64,000 nt of DNA, taken from assembly GCA_963707215.1 (NCBI GenBank), contig CAVPPB010000001.1:288001-352000 (forward strand), in the 5' to 3' direction. A program made the translations under genes and the position numbers. Shown here piece after piece: positions 36,973 to 46,882 of this stretch (position 1 is its first letter; each line of letters starts with the position of its first letter). Source of the DNA: an uncultured Chloroflexia bacterium (GTDB lineage Bacteria > Chloroflexota > Limnocylindria > Limnocylindrales > CSP1-4). The notes beneath the pieces are model-generated. The model was given only the letters and a program-made list of their open reading frames with translations, had not been told where the DNA came from and ran no database searches.

Positions 36973-38322
36973 GTGTCAGAGCCCGTACCGGCTCCCGCGC
37001 CGACCGACGAAGCAGCGGCCACGCCGCCGCCGGTCGTGGCGCCTCGAACGAGCCTTGACGGTCCCCCGTCGGCCGGTCGAGCGACGGATCGCTCCTACGG
37101 AGCTCTGCTGGCGATCCCCGACCTCGGCCGGATCGTCCTCTCGATGCAGCTCGCCCGCATCGCCCAGTCGATGGTGGGTGTCGCGCTCGTGCTGTTCACC
37201 CTGGCCGAGTACCGCTCCCCTGCCCTGGCCGGGCTGGTGACCTTCGCCAGCGTCTTCCCCGGCCTCGTCGTCAGCCCGGTCGCCGGCGCCCTCCTCGATC
37301 GCCACGGCCGGATCCGACTCATCGCCCTCGACTACATCGTGGCGAGCGGCGCCCTGCTCCTGGTCGCCGGCCTGGCGGCTGCCGGCGCGCTCCCGGCGCC
37401 GCTGCTCGTCCTCATCGCAGCCGTCTCGTCGCTGACCGGCATCCTCAGCCACGTCGGCCTCCGGACCCTCTTCCCGCTGATCGTCCCGCGCCACCTCTGG
37501 GAGCGGATCAACGCCGTCGACTCCAACGGCTACGTGGTGGCGACGCTCCTCGGTCCGCCGATCGCGGCTGCCCTGATCGCCGTGCTCGGTCCCCGGATCG
37601 GGCTCGCGCTCATCGCGGCGCCGTTCCTGCTCGCCGCGGTCGTCCTCGTCGGCATCGTCGATCCGGTCGCGATGGGGCGGACCCCGGGGAGGCTACTCGT
37701 CGACGCCTGGGCGGGCGTGCGCTACACCTGGCGCAACCGGACCCTGCGGGGCCTGGGCATCTCGATCTCGGTCGCCAATCTCGCGGGCGGGATGATCTCG
37801 ATCGTCATCCCCCTGATCGTGTTGCGGATGCTCGGCCTGAGCGAGGCCCTCGTCGGGATCGCGTTCGCCGTGTCCGGCCTCTCCGGGATGATGTCGGCGT
37901 TCCTCTTCGGGCGCATGGACACCCGTGGCCGCGAGTGGGTGCTGCTCGTGGTTCCCTTGGCCCTGCTGGCCCCGGTGGTCGCTTTGCTGCTCCCGGCGAG
38001 CGGCGCGTTCGGGCCCATCGATCCGCTCCTCGGGTTCCTTCTCGTCATCGCCTCGCAGGTCCTCTTCGGCTTCCTCGCCGGACCGCTCGACATCGCCCTC
38101 TTCACGGTCCGCCAGCGGCGCACCGATCCGGCGATGCTGGGCCGGGCCTTCGCTGTCTCGATGGCCTTCAACTTCCTGGGCTTCCCCATCGGGGCGGCCC
38201 TCACCGGCCTGCTCGCGGCCGTCTCGATCCCGGCCGCCGTCTGGCTGGGCGTCATCGCGTCGGTCGCCGGGGCGGTGCTGGCCGCGGTGCTGATCCCGCC
38301 CCGCGAAGAGACCCCAGCCTAG
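36973..38322 (+). CDS. MFS transporter
   Basis: AGALLDRHGR motif A, 12 transmembrane segments and RTDPAMLGRAF. Confidence 0.9.
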   Translation: MSEPVPAPAPTDEAAATPPPVVAPRTSLDGPPSAGRATDRSYGALLAIPDLGRIVLSMQLARIAQSMVGVALVLFTLAEYRSPALAGLVTFASVFPGLVVSPVAGALLDRHGRIRLIALDYIVASGALLLVAGLAAAGALPAPLLVLIAAVSSLTGILSHVGLRTLFPLIVPRHLWERINAVDSNGYVVATLLGPPIAAALIAVLGPRIGLALIAAPFLLAAVVLVGIVDPVAMGRTPGRLLVDAWAGVRYTWRNRTLRGLGISISVANLAGGMISIVIPLIVLRMLGLSEALVGIAFAVSGLSGMMSAFLFGRMDTRGREWVLLVVPLALLAPVVALLLPASGAFGPIDPLLGFLLVIASQVLFGFLAGPLDIALFTVRQRRTDPAMLGRAFAVSMAFNFLGFPIGAALTGLLAAVSIPAAVWLGVIASVAGAVLAAVLIPPREETPA

Positions 38323-38421
38323 GAGTCCGTCCGGTCTGTCGGTGGAGCACATCGCACCCTTCGGCACTGGTGCCGGTCCGGGTCCTCGGCGAGCATCGGG
38401 CCGGAACGAGAGGAGGCACTG

Positions 38422-39048
38422 ATGCGACGCATCTTCCGCCTGCTGGCGCTGGCGGGCGCCGTCGGTGGTGCGGTCTGGATCGGCAGCGTCCGACGCCGGG
38501 CCGAGGCCGCGGGCCGACCCCTGGGCGACATCCTGCGGGCGGATGTCCGCCACTTCGTGACCCGGCGGTTCGACCCGCTGGTGATGCGGCTCGGGCTGGC
38601 CGGCGGTCACGTCTCCAGCTGGGGCGTCGTGGAGCACGTGGGGCGGGTCACCGGGACCATCTACCGGACGCCGGTCCTGCCGCGGGTCATGGACGATCAC
38701 CTGTTCATCCCGCTGCCCTACGGCTCGGACGTGGACTGGGTCCGCAACGTCCGATCCGCCGGTCACTGTCGGGTCCAGCTTCACGAGGTGATCTTCGAGC
38801 TGGACGAGCCGGCGATCGTGTCGGCCGCCGAGAACAGCGCCATCCCGCCGGTCATCCGCGCGCCGCTCGATCGGATCGGAGCGCACTACCTCCGGCTGCA
38901 CGTCCTGGACCGCGCACCGGGGACGTTCTCCCACCTGGCCGTGGCGATGAGCGTCTCGCCGGCCGATCGGGACGAGCGCGAGCTCGAGATCGTCCATCCG
39001 GAGGAAGAGCCGGCCACCCCGGCGTCTGAGGCGGCCGTCGGCGCCTGA
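38422..39048 (+). CDS. Deazaflavin-dependent nitroreductase-family protein
   Basis: EHVGRVTGTIYRTPV and LPYGSDVDWVRNV. GAGGAGG RBS. Confidence 0.8.
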   Translation: MRRIFRLLALAGAVGGAVWIGSVRRRAEAAGRPLGDILRADVRHFVTRRFDPLVMRLGLAGGHVSSWGVVEHVGRVTGTIYRTPVLPRVMDDHLFIPLPYGSDVDWVRNVRSAGHCRVQLHEVIFELDEPAIVSAAENSAIPPVIRAPLDRIGAHYLRLHVLDRAPGTFSHLAVAMSVSPADRDERELEIVHPEEEPATPASEAAVGA

Positions 39049-39211
39049 GGCAGCTGTCGGCGCCTGAGTCCGGTCTCGTGGACCCCGGAGCATGCATGGG
39101 CACCAGAGCCGAAGATGCCCGCGCACAGCCGGCCGTTCGGCCCTATCGCCGGGTTCACCGCCACCCTATCCTGCCAGGGGTCGACGTCCGCGCCTTGGGG
39201 GGTGAAGGGAC

Positions 39212-39751
39212 GTGTCGCTGGCGACACGGCCGCGCGAGTCGCTTGAGCCCGTCTCACTCGAGCCGGTCGACGCCTACGTTCGGCATCGGGCCGAGATCCG
39301 TGCTCTTCTCGTGACCCTGACCCGCGACGCTGAGACCGCGGAGGACCTGACCCAGGAGGCCTTCACCCGGCTCACCACGGTGACGCGGGCCGGTCGGGCG
39401 CCGCTGCGGACCCGGGCCTGGCTCTACCGGGTAGCCGTCAATCTGGCCGCCGACCGGGGACGCCGAGCCGGCAGCGCCGAACGCGGCCGTCGCCGCCTGA
39501 TCGGCCTGTTCGACGAGCGAGCGCCGGCGGACGACGACCCGCTCCGCCACTGCCTGGCGCGAGAAGACCGGGTCGCCGTCGAGGCAGCTCTCTCGAACCT
39601 CCCGTCCGACGCCCGACTGGCGATGATCATGGCGGCCGCCGGCTTCACGGGACGCGAGATCGGCGACCGCATCGGGCGGTCGGAGCTGGCCATCCGCACG
39701 CTGCTCTGCCGGAGTCGGCGTCGGGTCCGTGACGCCCTGGAGCAGGTCTGA
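39212..39751 (+). CDS. ECF RNA polymerase sigma factor
   Basis: AEDLTQEAF, AWLYRVAVN and region 4 GFTGREIG...IRTLLCRSR. Confidence 0.88.
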   Translation: MSLATRPRESLEPVSLEPVDAYVRHRAEIRALLVTLTRDAETAEDLTQEAFTRLTTVTRAGRAPLRTRAWLYRVAVNLAADRGRRAGSAERGRRRLIGLFDERAPADDDPLRHCLAREDRVAVEAALSNLPSDARLAMIMAAAGFTGREIGDRIGRSELAIRTLLCRSRRRVRDALEQV

Positions 39752-39758
39752 GCAGATC

Positions 39759-42122
39759 CTAGAACGACCGCTCCCGGACGATGCGGCCGAGGTCGATGGA
39801 GCCGACGGCCCGGAGCGCCGGCCACTGCGAGAGCAGGCCGACCGCGAGGACGGCCAGCGGGGTGAGGATCACCGTCAGGGGCTGCAGCTCGAGGTCGAAC
39901 GAGAACATGTCGGAGCTGAACTCGGCCATGAACTCGTAGGCCAGCAGATAGCCGACGAGCAGGCCCGGCAGGATGCCAAGACCGATCAGCATCAGGTTCT
40001 CGCCGGTCACCAACCGGGCCACCGTCCGGCGCCGCATCCCCAGGGTCCGCATCGCGGCGATCTCGCCACGGCGCTCGGTCACGTTGGCCGACATCGTGGT
40101 GAAGACCAGGGCGAAGGCCATGATGCCACCGAGCACGATCATCACGCCGATGAAGACGTAGAACAGGCCCAGGTACTCCTGGGCGATGTCGTAGAGCGCA
40201 CGACTGTCGGCGAAGGCGACGACGCCCGGCTCCGCGGTGAGCGACGCCCGCACCGCGCTCGGGTCGGCGCCGGGCTCGTAGGTGACGAGGGCCGAGTTCA
40301 CCAGCGGTGACGCATCGGCAGGCCCGGCCAGGCTGCGGGCGTAGGCGAGCGAGGCGTAGGCGAACGTCCCGAGCGGCTCGTCGACGAAGCCGGCCACGAC
40401 AGCCGGCTTCGCGCGACCCTCACCGAGGTCCAGCTGTACCTCGTCCCCGACCTCGACGCCGAGCGACCCGCGGAGGGCACCGCCGAGGAGCAGACCGGCA
40501 TCGGGCAGGGCGACCACGCCACCATCGGGGTCGAGGAAGCCGTGCATCGTCGTGTCGGTCCGGAGACCACGAAGCGTCGTCGTGTAGCGGTCGTCCGGGC
40601 CGATGACCGTGGCCGGGAGATCGATGGCAGGCTCGGCCGCGGCCACCCCGTTGACCGTGGCCAGGTCGGCCGCGGCGGCCTCCTGGACCGGTGGCTCGAG
40701 CCAGACCTGAGCGTCGTTTCGCTGGACCTCGACGAATTGCCGGTCCAGCAGCACGACGATGGTGTCGATCATGCCCCAGGACACGAGGATGAGGCTGATT
40801 GCGAGGACGACGCCGCCGATCGTGGAGAGGCTGCGCCGACGGCTCCGGCCGATGGACCGGATCACGGTCAGCCAGCGAGCGGGAAGCCGCCGGACCGGCG
40901 GCAGGAGCCGCTCGACCAGGCTCAGGCCGCCTCGGCCGGTCGGCGCCGGCCCCAGCATCGCGGCCGCCGGCGAGATGCCGGCCGCATGACGAGCGGGACC
41001 TACCACAGCGAGGACGGCCGACATGACGCCGACGATGACCCCGATGGCGATCGTCACCGGTCGGATCTCGACGACGACGACAGGGATCGAAAGGACCCCC
41101 GTGTAGAGGCGGGTCATGACCTCGTTCAGGAGCGCCCCGACGAGGACGCCCGGGACCGCGCCAAGGAGGCCGACCGCGACGCCGAAGGCCAGATAGTGGC
41201 GCAGGATCGTGCGCCTGGCGAAGCCGTTCGCCCGGAGGGTGCCGATGATCGATCGCTGGCTGGTGACGAGGCGACCCATCAGGACGTACGCAGCGAACGC
41301 GGCGGTCCCCAGGAACAGGATCGGGAACAGGATCGAAAGGCTGCCGAAGGCGCTGACGTCCTCCTGGAGGGCCGCGTTCGACGGCTGCTCGTCCCGGGTG
41401 AACGTGTCGGCGGCCCCGGCCCCCAGGGCGGCGGCCCGGACGCGCTCAGCGGTGTCGCCGGGTGGGTCGGGCTCGAAGTGGAACAGCGCCTCCGAGCGGA
41501 GGGACGGTCCGGGCAGTTCGCTCACCAGCGGCTCCGGGGCGAACAGGACGCCGAAGTCATCCGGGGACGCGAAGATCTGCTGCCGGCTGGGGGCCGGCCA
41601 CAGGTACTCCGGCGAAGCCACGATGCCGAGCACCACGAGATCACGCCACCCGTCGGTGGTCAGGATCGCGACCGCATCGCCGGGGTCGAGCCCGAAGTGA
41701 CCGGCCATGTGCTGCTCGACCACCACACCGTCGGGCTGCGACGGATCGAGACCCGAGCCCTCGAGGACAAGGACGCCGTTGACAGCGGCCTGGCCGCCCT
41801 GTGGCAGGCTGATCGCCCGCCCCAGAAGCTCGTGGTCGCCGACGCGGACCGGGACGTCGGCCAGGGTCCGGGTGGCTGCCTCGCGGACCCCGAGCTCGGC
41901 GGCACCGGCCTCCGCGACCGCCTCCCCGGGACCGCCGATGGCCGTGACGTCGGCGAAGGCGGTCCGCTCGTACATCGCCTCGTAGCTCGAGGTCAGGTTC
42001 AGGAAGGCGTCGAGCGACGCGACGGACAGGCCGACGCCGAGCAGGATGGTGATCGCGACGGCGGCGAACTGGGCGCGGCGGAGCCGGACGTCGCGGACGA
42101 GGGCGCGCCGCATGAGCCTCAC
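39759..42122 (-). CDS. ABC transporter permease, FtsX/MacB-like duplicated
   Basis: Two FtsX repeats (QRSIIGTLRANG and ERRGEIAAMRTLG). GTGA overlap with the ATPase stop. Confidence 0.9.
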   Translation of the reverse strand: MRLMRRALVRDVRLRRAQFAAVAITILLGVGLSVASLDAFLNLTSSYEAMYERTAFADVTAIGGPGEAVAEAGAAELGVREAATRTLADVPVRVGDHELLGRAISLPQGGQAAVNGVLVLEGSGLDPSQPDGVVVEQHMAGHFGLDPGDAVAILTTDGWRDLVVLGIVASPEYLWPAPSRQQIFASPDDFGVLFAPEPLVSELPGPSLRSEALFHFEPDPPGDTAERVRAAALGAGAADTFTRDEQPSNAALQEDVSAFGSLSILFPILFLGTAAFAAYVLMGRLVTSQRSIIGTLRANGFARRTILRHYLAFGVAVGLLGAVPGVLVGALLNEVMTRLYTGVLSIPVVVVEIRPVTIAIGVIVGVMSAVLAVVGPARHAAGISPAAAMLGPAPTGRGGLSLVERLLPPVRRLPARWLTVIRSIGRSRRRSLSTIGGVVLAISLILVSWGMIDTIVVLLDRQFVEVQRNDAQVWLEPPVQEAAAADLATVNGVAAAEPAIDLPATVIGPDDRYTTTLRGLRTDTTMHGFLDPDGGVVALPDAGLLLGGALRGSLGVEVGDEVQLDLGEGRAKPAVVAGFVDEPLGTFAYASLAYARSLAGPADASPLVNSALVTYEPGADPSAVRASLTAEPGVVAFADSRALYDIAQEYLGLFYVFIGVMIVLGGIMAFALVFTTMSANVTERRGEIAAMRTLGMRRRTVARLVTGENLMLIGLGILPGLLVGYLLAYEFMAEFSSDMFSFDLELQPLTVILTPLAVLAVGLLSQWPALRAVGSIDLGRIVRERSF

Positions 42123-42907
42123 CACGTCACCGCCTCGGGCTCGATCGGTGAGACCTGGAGGGCGTCCTCGTGGATCCGCCCCGAGTGGAGCCGCAGGACG
42201 CGGTCGGCCATGGCGGCGATGGCCGAGTTGTGGGTCACGAGCATGACGGTCCGGCCGTCCGCGCGGTTGAGTCGCCGGAGGACCGCCAGGACCTGGCGGC
42301 CGGTCTCGAGGTCGAGGGAGCCGGTCGGCTCGTCGCACAGGAGCAAGCCGGGCCGCTTGACCACGGCCCGGGCGATCGCCACCCGCTGCTGCTCGCCGCC
42401 GGAGAGCGCGCTCGGGAAGTGGTCGGATCGACCGTCGAGGCCGACCGCCTGGAGCGCCCGCCGGGCCTCGTCCTCGCCCACCCCGACGAGCTCGCCGATG
42501 AGGGCGACGTTCTCGAGCGCCGTCAGGGTCGGGATCAGGTTGAAGAACTGGAAGACGAAGCCGACCCGATCACGCCGGTACGCAGTGAGGCTCCGGTCGT
42601 CGAGACCGGCAAGGTCCTGTCCCCCGATCTCGACCCGTCCCGAGGTCGCCGGCTCGATCCCCCCGACCAGATTCATGAGGGTCGTCTTGCCGGACCCACT
42701 GGGCCCCAGGACCACGACGAACTGGCCGCGCGGCACCTCCAGGTCGATGTCCCGGAGGGCGTGGACGGCGAGGTCGCCCTCGCCGTAGACCTTGCCGACC
42801 GATGCCAGGCGGATCGCCAGCCGGTCGGCTTCGGCCGGAGAGGCCTCGGGTTCGGGTTGCCGTCCCGGCGACGAGGTCGTCGCGGTTCCTTCGGCCGTTC
42901 CGGTCAT
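42119..42907 (-). CDS. ABC transporter ATP-binding protein (LolD/MacB-like)
   Basis: GPSGSGKT, LSGGEQQR, DEPTG and VTH. Confidence 0.95.
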   Translation of the reverse strand: MTGTAEGTATTSSPGRQPEPEASPAEADRLAIRLASVGKVYGEGDLAVHALRDIDLEVPRGQFVVVLGPSGSGKTTLMNLVGGIEPATSGRVEIGGQDLAGLDDRSLTAYRRDRVGFVFQFFNLIPTLTALENVALIGELVGVGEDEARRALQAVGLDGRSDHFPSALSGGEQQRVAIARAVVKRPGLLLCDEPTGSLDLETGRQVLAVLRRLNRADGRTVMLVTHNSAIAAMADRVLRLHSGRIHEDALQVSPIEPEAVTW

Positions 42908-43584
42908 AGGTTCCTCCTGTCTGCTGGCTCGGTGGGGACCGGCGCCGCCAGGAGCGCGCTGATCGATGGGCCGAGGCCACCCAGCTCGGTCGCCGGGTCT
43001 GCAAGTCGGTGCAGGAGCAGGCCGTCCAGCAACGCCGCCAGGGCGGATGCGGTCGCGTCCGCGTCGAGATCGGCACGGACCTCGCCTGCCGTCACGGCGG
43101 CCCGGAGTCGATCGGCCAGCAGCCGGCGGAAGCCGGCTAGCTCGGTCGCGATGGTCTCGCGGACGACAGGATCACGGGTCGCCTGGAGCATCGCCTCGGC
43201 GAGCAGCACGCCGGAGCGTGACGCCGGGTCGAAGCGATCGATGGCCGCGAAGGCGGCCCCCAGCCCGTCGGTGAAGCGTTCGGCCGCGAGCAAGGGCCCC
43301 ACGGCGACCGCCAGCTCGGCCTCGATCGTCTCCACGATGGCACGTCGCAGGAGCGCCTCCTTCGACCCGAAGTGATAGTGGACGAGCGCCTGGTTGACCC
43401 CGGCCCGCTGGGCCACCAGGCGGGTCGACACGGCGCCCCAGCCGCGCTCGGCCACGAGGGCGACCGCAGCATCGAGGATCCGTCGCCGCGTCGCGACACC
43501 TCGAGGATCCTCCGGCAGCCTGCGATCCCCAGCCAGCGCGTCCCCGCCAGCGACCGTTTCGAGTTGGGCACTCGCTTTAATCAT
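42904..43584 (-). CDS. TetR/AcrR family regulator
   Basis: TRRRILDAA...VAQRAGVNQALVHYHFGSKE. Confidence 0.92.
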   Translation of the reverse strand: MIKASAQLETVAGGDALAGDRRLPEDPRGVATRRRILDAAVALVAERGWGAVSTRLVAQRAGVNQALVHYHFGSKEALLRRAIVETIEAELAVAVGPLLAAERFTDGLGAAFAAIDRFDPASRSGVLLAEAMLQATRDPVVRETIATELAGFRRLLADRLRAAVTAGEVRADLDADATASALAALLDGLLLHRLADPATELGGLGPSISALLAAPVPTEPADRRNL

Positions 43585-43622
43585 TCGCCCAATAGACTGC
43601 CCCGATACCGGGAGCCCGTCAA
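43564..43622 (-). promoter_or_regulatory. Putative TetR promoter/operator
   Basis: TTGACG-N17-CAGTCT, followed by the inverted repeat TTGGGC...GCCCAA spanning the start codon. Confidence 0.5.
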
Positions 43623-43856
43623 GGCAGGCCCGCTCGGACCGCCGGCTTCGACGATCTCGGCTCGCCCCGCCGGTCCCTGGGCCAGTGCACCGACGGCCCG
43701 GAGCCGATAGCCTCTCGTCATGAACGATCGACCCCCGGGCGCCCGCCGGCGGCCCCGGCTCGCGGAGCCCCTGGTCGTCACGGCACCAGTCGCCCTCCGC
43801 CCCCCGAGCGGACTGGCTGCCTGGCCCCCGCTGTCGCCCGGCGGACGGCCGACGCC

Positions 43857-46118
43857 GTGAGCGCGTTCCGACGCCTCTTCCACTTCTGGCGCCTCCAGAT
43901 CGGCCTCGCTCGCGAGTGGCGGCCGGAATCGAGGCACCGCTGGCGACGGCTCGTCCTCGTCTGGCTCATCGACGCGATCGCCCTCGGGTTCGTGATCTGG
44001 CTCCTGCCCGGGGTCGAGCTGGAGATCCAGGGGACCGTCTTCGGCCTCGTCGAGATCGGCTGGTTCGCCGCCGCGATCGGCCTGGTGAACGCCCTGATCC
44101 GGCCGGTGATCATGTACCTCGCCCTGCCGATCGCCTTCATCACGGCCGGCCTGTTCGGGCTGGTCATCAACGCGGTCCTGCTCATGCTGACCTCGGGCTT
44201 CTTCGGCGGCGTCGTCTTCACCAGCTTCTGGTGGGCGCTGGTCGCCTCACTCGTGATCGCGATCGTCAACACGATCATCTCGTTCCTGGTGAACCTCAAC
44301 GACGACGACTCGTTCTACTTCTCGCTGCTCATGAAGATGGCCCGTGAGTCCGCCGGAGCCGTCAGCACCGACCGCCCGGGACTGGTCATCCTCCAGGTCG
44401 ACGGTCTGGCTGCCCCGATCCTGCGCCAGGCGATCCGGACCGGGACGACGCCGTTCATCGCCTCGCTGGTCCGGTCCGGCGGGCATCACCTCATCGAGTG
44501 GGAGACGAGCCTGCCGTCCAACACGCCGGCCAGCCAGGCCGGCATCCTCCACGGCAACAACGCGAACATCCCGGCCTTCCGCTGGCTCGACAAGTCGACG
44601 GGTCGGACGCTGGTCGCCAACCACCCGGGCGACGCCGCGGAGCTCGAGGCGCTCATCTCGACCAACCGCGGCCTGCTGGCCGACGGCGGGTTCAGCCTCC
44701 TGAACCTGTTCTCGGGCAACGCGACCGAGGCCTTCCTGACCAACTCCAGGATGAAGGAGGCCGGCGGCAACGTCCGGCGGGCGTCCGAGAGCCTCTACGG
44801 CTTCCTGCTGAGCCCATACCAGATGACCCGGACCCTCGTGCTGCTCGCCCGCGAGGTCGTCCTCGAGCGGATCCAGGCGCGGCGGCAGAGCCAGCGGGAC
44901 GTCCAGCCGAGGGTCCATCGTGGATGGGCGTTCGCGGGCATGCGAGCCGTCTCCTGCGTCGCCTTCCCGGACATCACCAAGACCCTCCTGATCCGCGGGA
45001 TGTACGGCGGGATGAACGTGATGTACTCCGACATCCTGTCCTACGACGAGATGGCCCACCATGCCGGTCCCGAGCGGCCCGAGACGCTGGCCCAGCTGGA
45101 ATCCCTGGACACGCTGGTCCGGTCGCTCGCCAAGGCCTCGCGCGGCGCGCCGCGCCCGTATGAGCTGGCGATCGTCTCCGACCACGGCCAGAGCATGGGC
45201 GCCACGTTCATGCAACGGTTCGGCGTGAACCTCCAGGAGCTGGTCTCGCAGCTCGTCGCCGGGGAGATCACGGTGCTGTCAGGGACCCAGGACGAGGAGA
45301 GCTGGGGTCACGTCAACGTCCTCCTCGGCGAGATCGTCCGGGCGCCGGGCGTGACGGCCAACGTGACCCGGACCGCCCTCGGGAAGCGGGTCAAGCCCGG
45401 CGGCGAGGTCGAGGTCCGGTCGGGTCGCTGGGTGGACCCGGGGACGGAGCTCGAGCCCGTCGGCCCAGCAGGGAGCGCTGAAGCGCCCCAGGACGTGGGG
45501 GTGCCGACGGCGGTCGTCCTGCCGTCCGGGAACTTCGCGACGATCCACCTCACGGCGTCGAAGGAGCGGATGTCGCTCGAGGAGATCGAGACCCGCCATC
45601 CCGGCCTCGTGACGTCCCTCGCCGGCCATCCGGGGATCGGCTTCGTCATGGTCCGCTCCGCGGAGCACGGCGCCGTCGTCATCGGCCGCGACGGGACCCG
45701 CTACCTCGCCGACGACCGTGTCGTCGGCCTCGACCCTCTGCGCCACCTCCGCGGTCATCCGGCCGACCACCTCCGACGCCTCGACTCGTTCCCCAACTGC
45801 GCCGACATCTGCGTCAACAGCGTCTACGACCCCGAGACCGGCGAGGTGGCCGCGTTCGAGGAGCAGGTCGGCTGCCACGGCGGCCTTGGCGGCTACCAGA
45901 CCCGCCCCTTCGTCCTGGTGCCCGCCCACTGGAACGTGGCCGAGGGCCCCTTCATCGGAGCCGAGTCGATCTACGCGATCTTCCGCAAGCGCATCGACGA
46001 GGCGGTCCTGTCGCCGGAGGAGCTCGCCGCCCGCGAGGTTGCCGAGGGGACCATGGCGCTCACCGGCGACAGCCCGGCCGGGATCCCGGCGGATCGGGGC
46101 GGCCCCGCGACCACGTGA
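43857..46118 (+). CDS. 4-TM 'phage holin family' membrane domain fused to an alkaline phosphatase/nucleotide pyrophosphatase domain
   Basis: GLVNALIRP...T.GLF.LVINA holin-superfamily IV pattern, then QVDGL, PSNTPAS, YDEMAHH, SDHG and HGG. Confidence 0.82.
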   Translation: MSAFRRLFHFWRLQIGLAREWRPESRHRWRRLVLVWLIDAIALGFVIWLLPGVELEIQGTVFGLVEIGWFAAAIGLVNALIRPVIMYLALPIAFITAGLFGLVINAVLLMLTSGFFGGVVFTSFWWALVASLVIAIVNTIISFLVNLNDDDSFYFSLLMKMARESAGAVSTDRPGLVILQVDGLAAPILRQAIRTGTTPFIASLVRSGGHHLIEWETSLPSNTPASQAGILHGNNANIPAFRWLDKSTGRTLVANHPGDAAELEALISTNRGLLADGGFSLLNLFSGNATEAFLTNSRMKEAGGNVRRASESLYGFLLSPYQMTRTLVLLAREVVLERIQARRQSQRDVQPRVHRGWAFAGMRAVSCVAFPDITKTLLIRGMYGGMNVMYSDILSYDEMAHHAGPERPETLAQLESLDTLVRSLAKASRGAPRPYELAIVSDHGQSMGATFMQRFGVNLQELVSQLVAGEITVLSGTQDEESWGHVNVLLGEIVRAPGVTANVTRTALGKRVKPGGEVEVRSGRWVDPGTELEPVGPAGSAEAPQDVGVPTAVVLPSGNFATIHLTASKERMSLEEIETRHPGLVTSLAGHPGIGFVMVRSAEHGAVVIGRDGTRYLADDRVVGLDPLRHLRGHPADHLRRLDSFPNCADICVNSVYDPETGEVAAFEEQVGCHGGLGGYQTRPFVLVPAHWNVAEGPFIGAESIYAIFRKRIDEAVLSPEELAAREVAEGTMALTGDSPAGIPADRGGPATT

Positions 46119-46810
46119 CCACGCTCGGCCAGCCTACCGATCCGGCCCCGTCCGACGCGCCTGCCGGCGCAAGAGGACGCGTGTCACGAGGCTTCCGCCG
46201 GATCGTCACGCACCCGGGGTCGGTCGCGATGGTAGCGATCGTGGCCCTGGTGATCGCAGCCTGCTCCGGATCGACGACCCCCGGCGAGCCGACGTCGCCA
46301 CTGTCGACGGGCCCGGGCTCCCCGACCCCGGCGACACGACCCAGCCTCCCGGGGACGGCCGGCGTCGTCGTCGACGTGGTCGATGGTGACACCGTGAAGG
46401 TGCGCGTTGGCGGCATCGTCGAGTCGGTCCGGGTGATCGGCCTCGACACGCCCGAATCGCGCCGGCCGGGGACCCCCGTCGAGTGCTTCGCCCGTGAGGC
46501 GACCACGGCGGCCGAGTCGCTCCTCGCCGAGGGGACGACGGTCGGGCTCGAGCCGGATCCCACCCAGGACACACGCGACCGCTACGGTCGCCTGCTGGCC
46601 CACGTCTGGCTGGCGGACGGCCGCCTCTTCGCCGAGGCGATGATCCGCGACGGCGTCGGGATCCACTACGTCTACCAGGGCGTGCCCTCGATCCATGCCG
46701 CCCGACTGGCCACGGCCCAGGCGGCGGCGGAGCGGGCCGAGGCCGGCCTCTGGGCTCCGGAGACCTGCGCGGGCGACCCGCACACGCCCGCCGACAAGGC
46801 TCCCGGGTAG
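46115..46810 (+). CDS. Thermonuclease (SNase) family lipoprotein
   Basis: Lipobox VIAAC, VDGDT, VRVIGLDTPE, DRYGRLLA and GLW. GTGA overlap with the upstream gene. Confidence 0.9.
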   Translation: MTTLGQPTDPAPSDAPAGARGRVSRGFRRIVTHPGSVAMVAIVALVIAACSGSTTPGEPTSPLSTGPGSPTPATRPSLPGTAGVVVDVVDGDTVKVRVGGIVESVRVIGLDTPESRRPGTPVECFAREATTAAESLLAEGTTVGLEPDPTQDTRDRYGRLLAHVWLADGRLFAEAMIRDGVGIHYVYQGVPSIHAARLATAQAAAERAEAGLWAPETCAGDPHTPADKAPG

Positions 46811-46882
46811 CGGCGGGGCGGGCCGGCGGCGGGCGACCGGCGAGCGGGCCGCCGGCGAACGATGGTTGCCCCAGCTCGGCCG

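Noticed and set aside
43857-44330. Holin domain as evidence of a prophage
   Set aside because: It is a cellular fusion to a phosphatase domain, with no endolysin, structural or integrase genes nearby.
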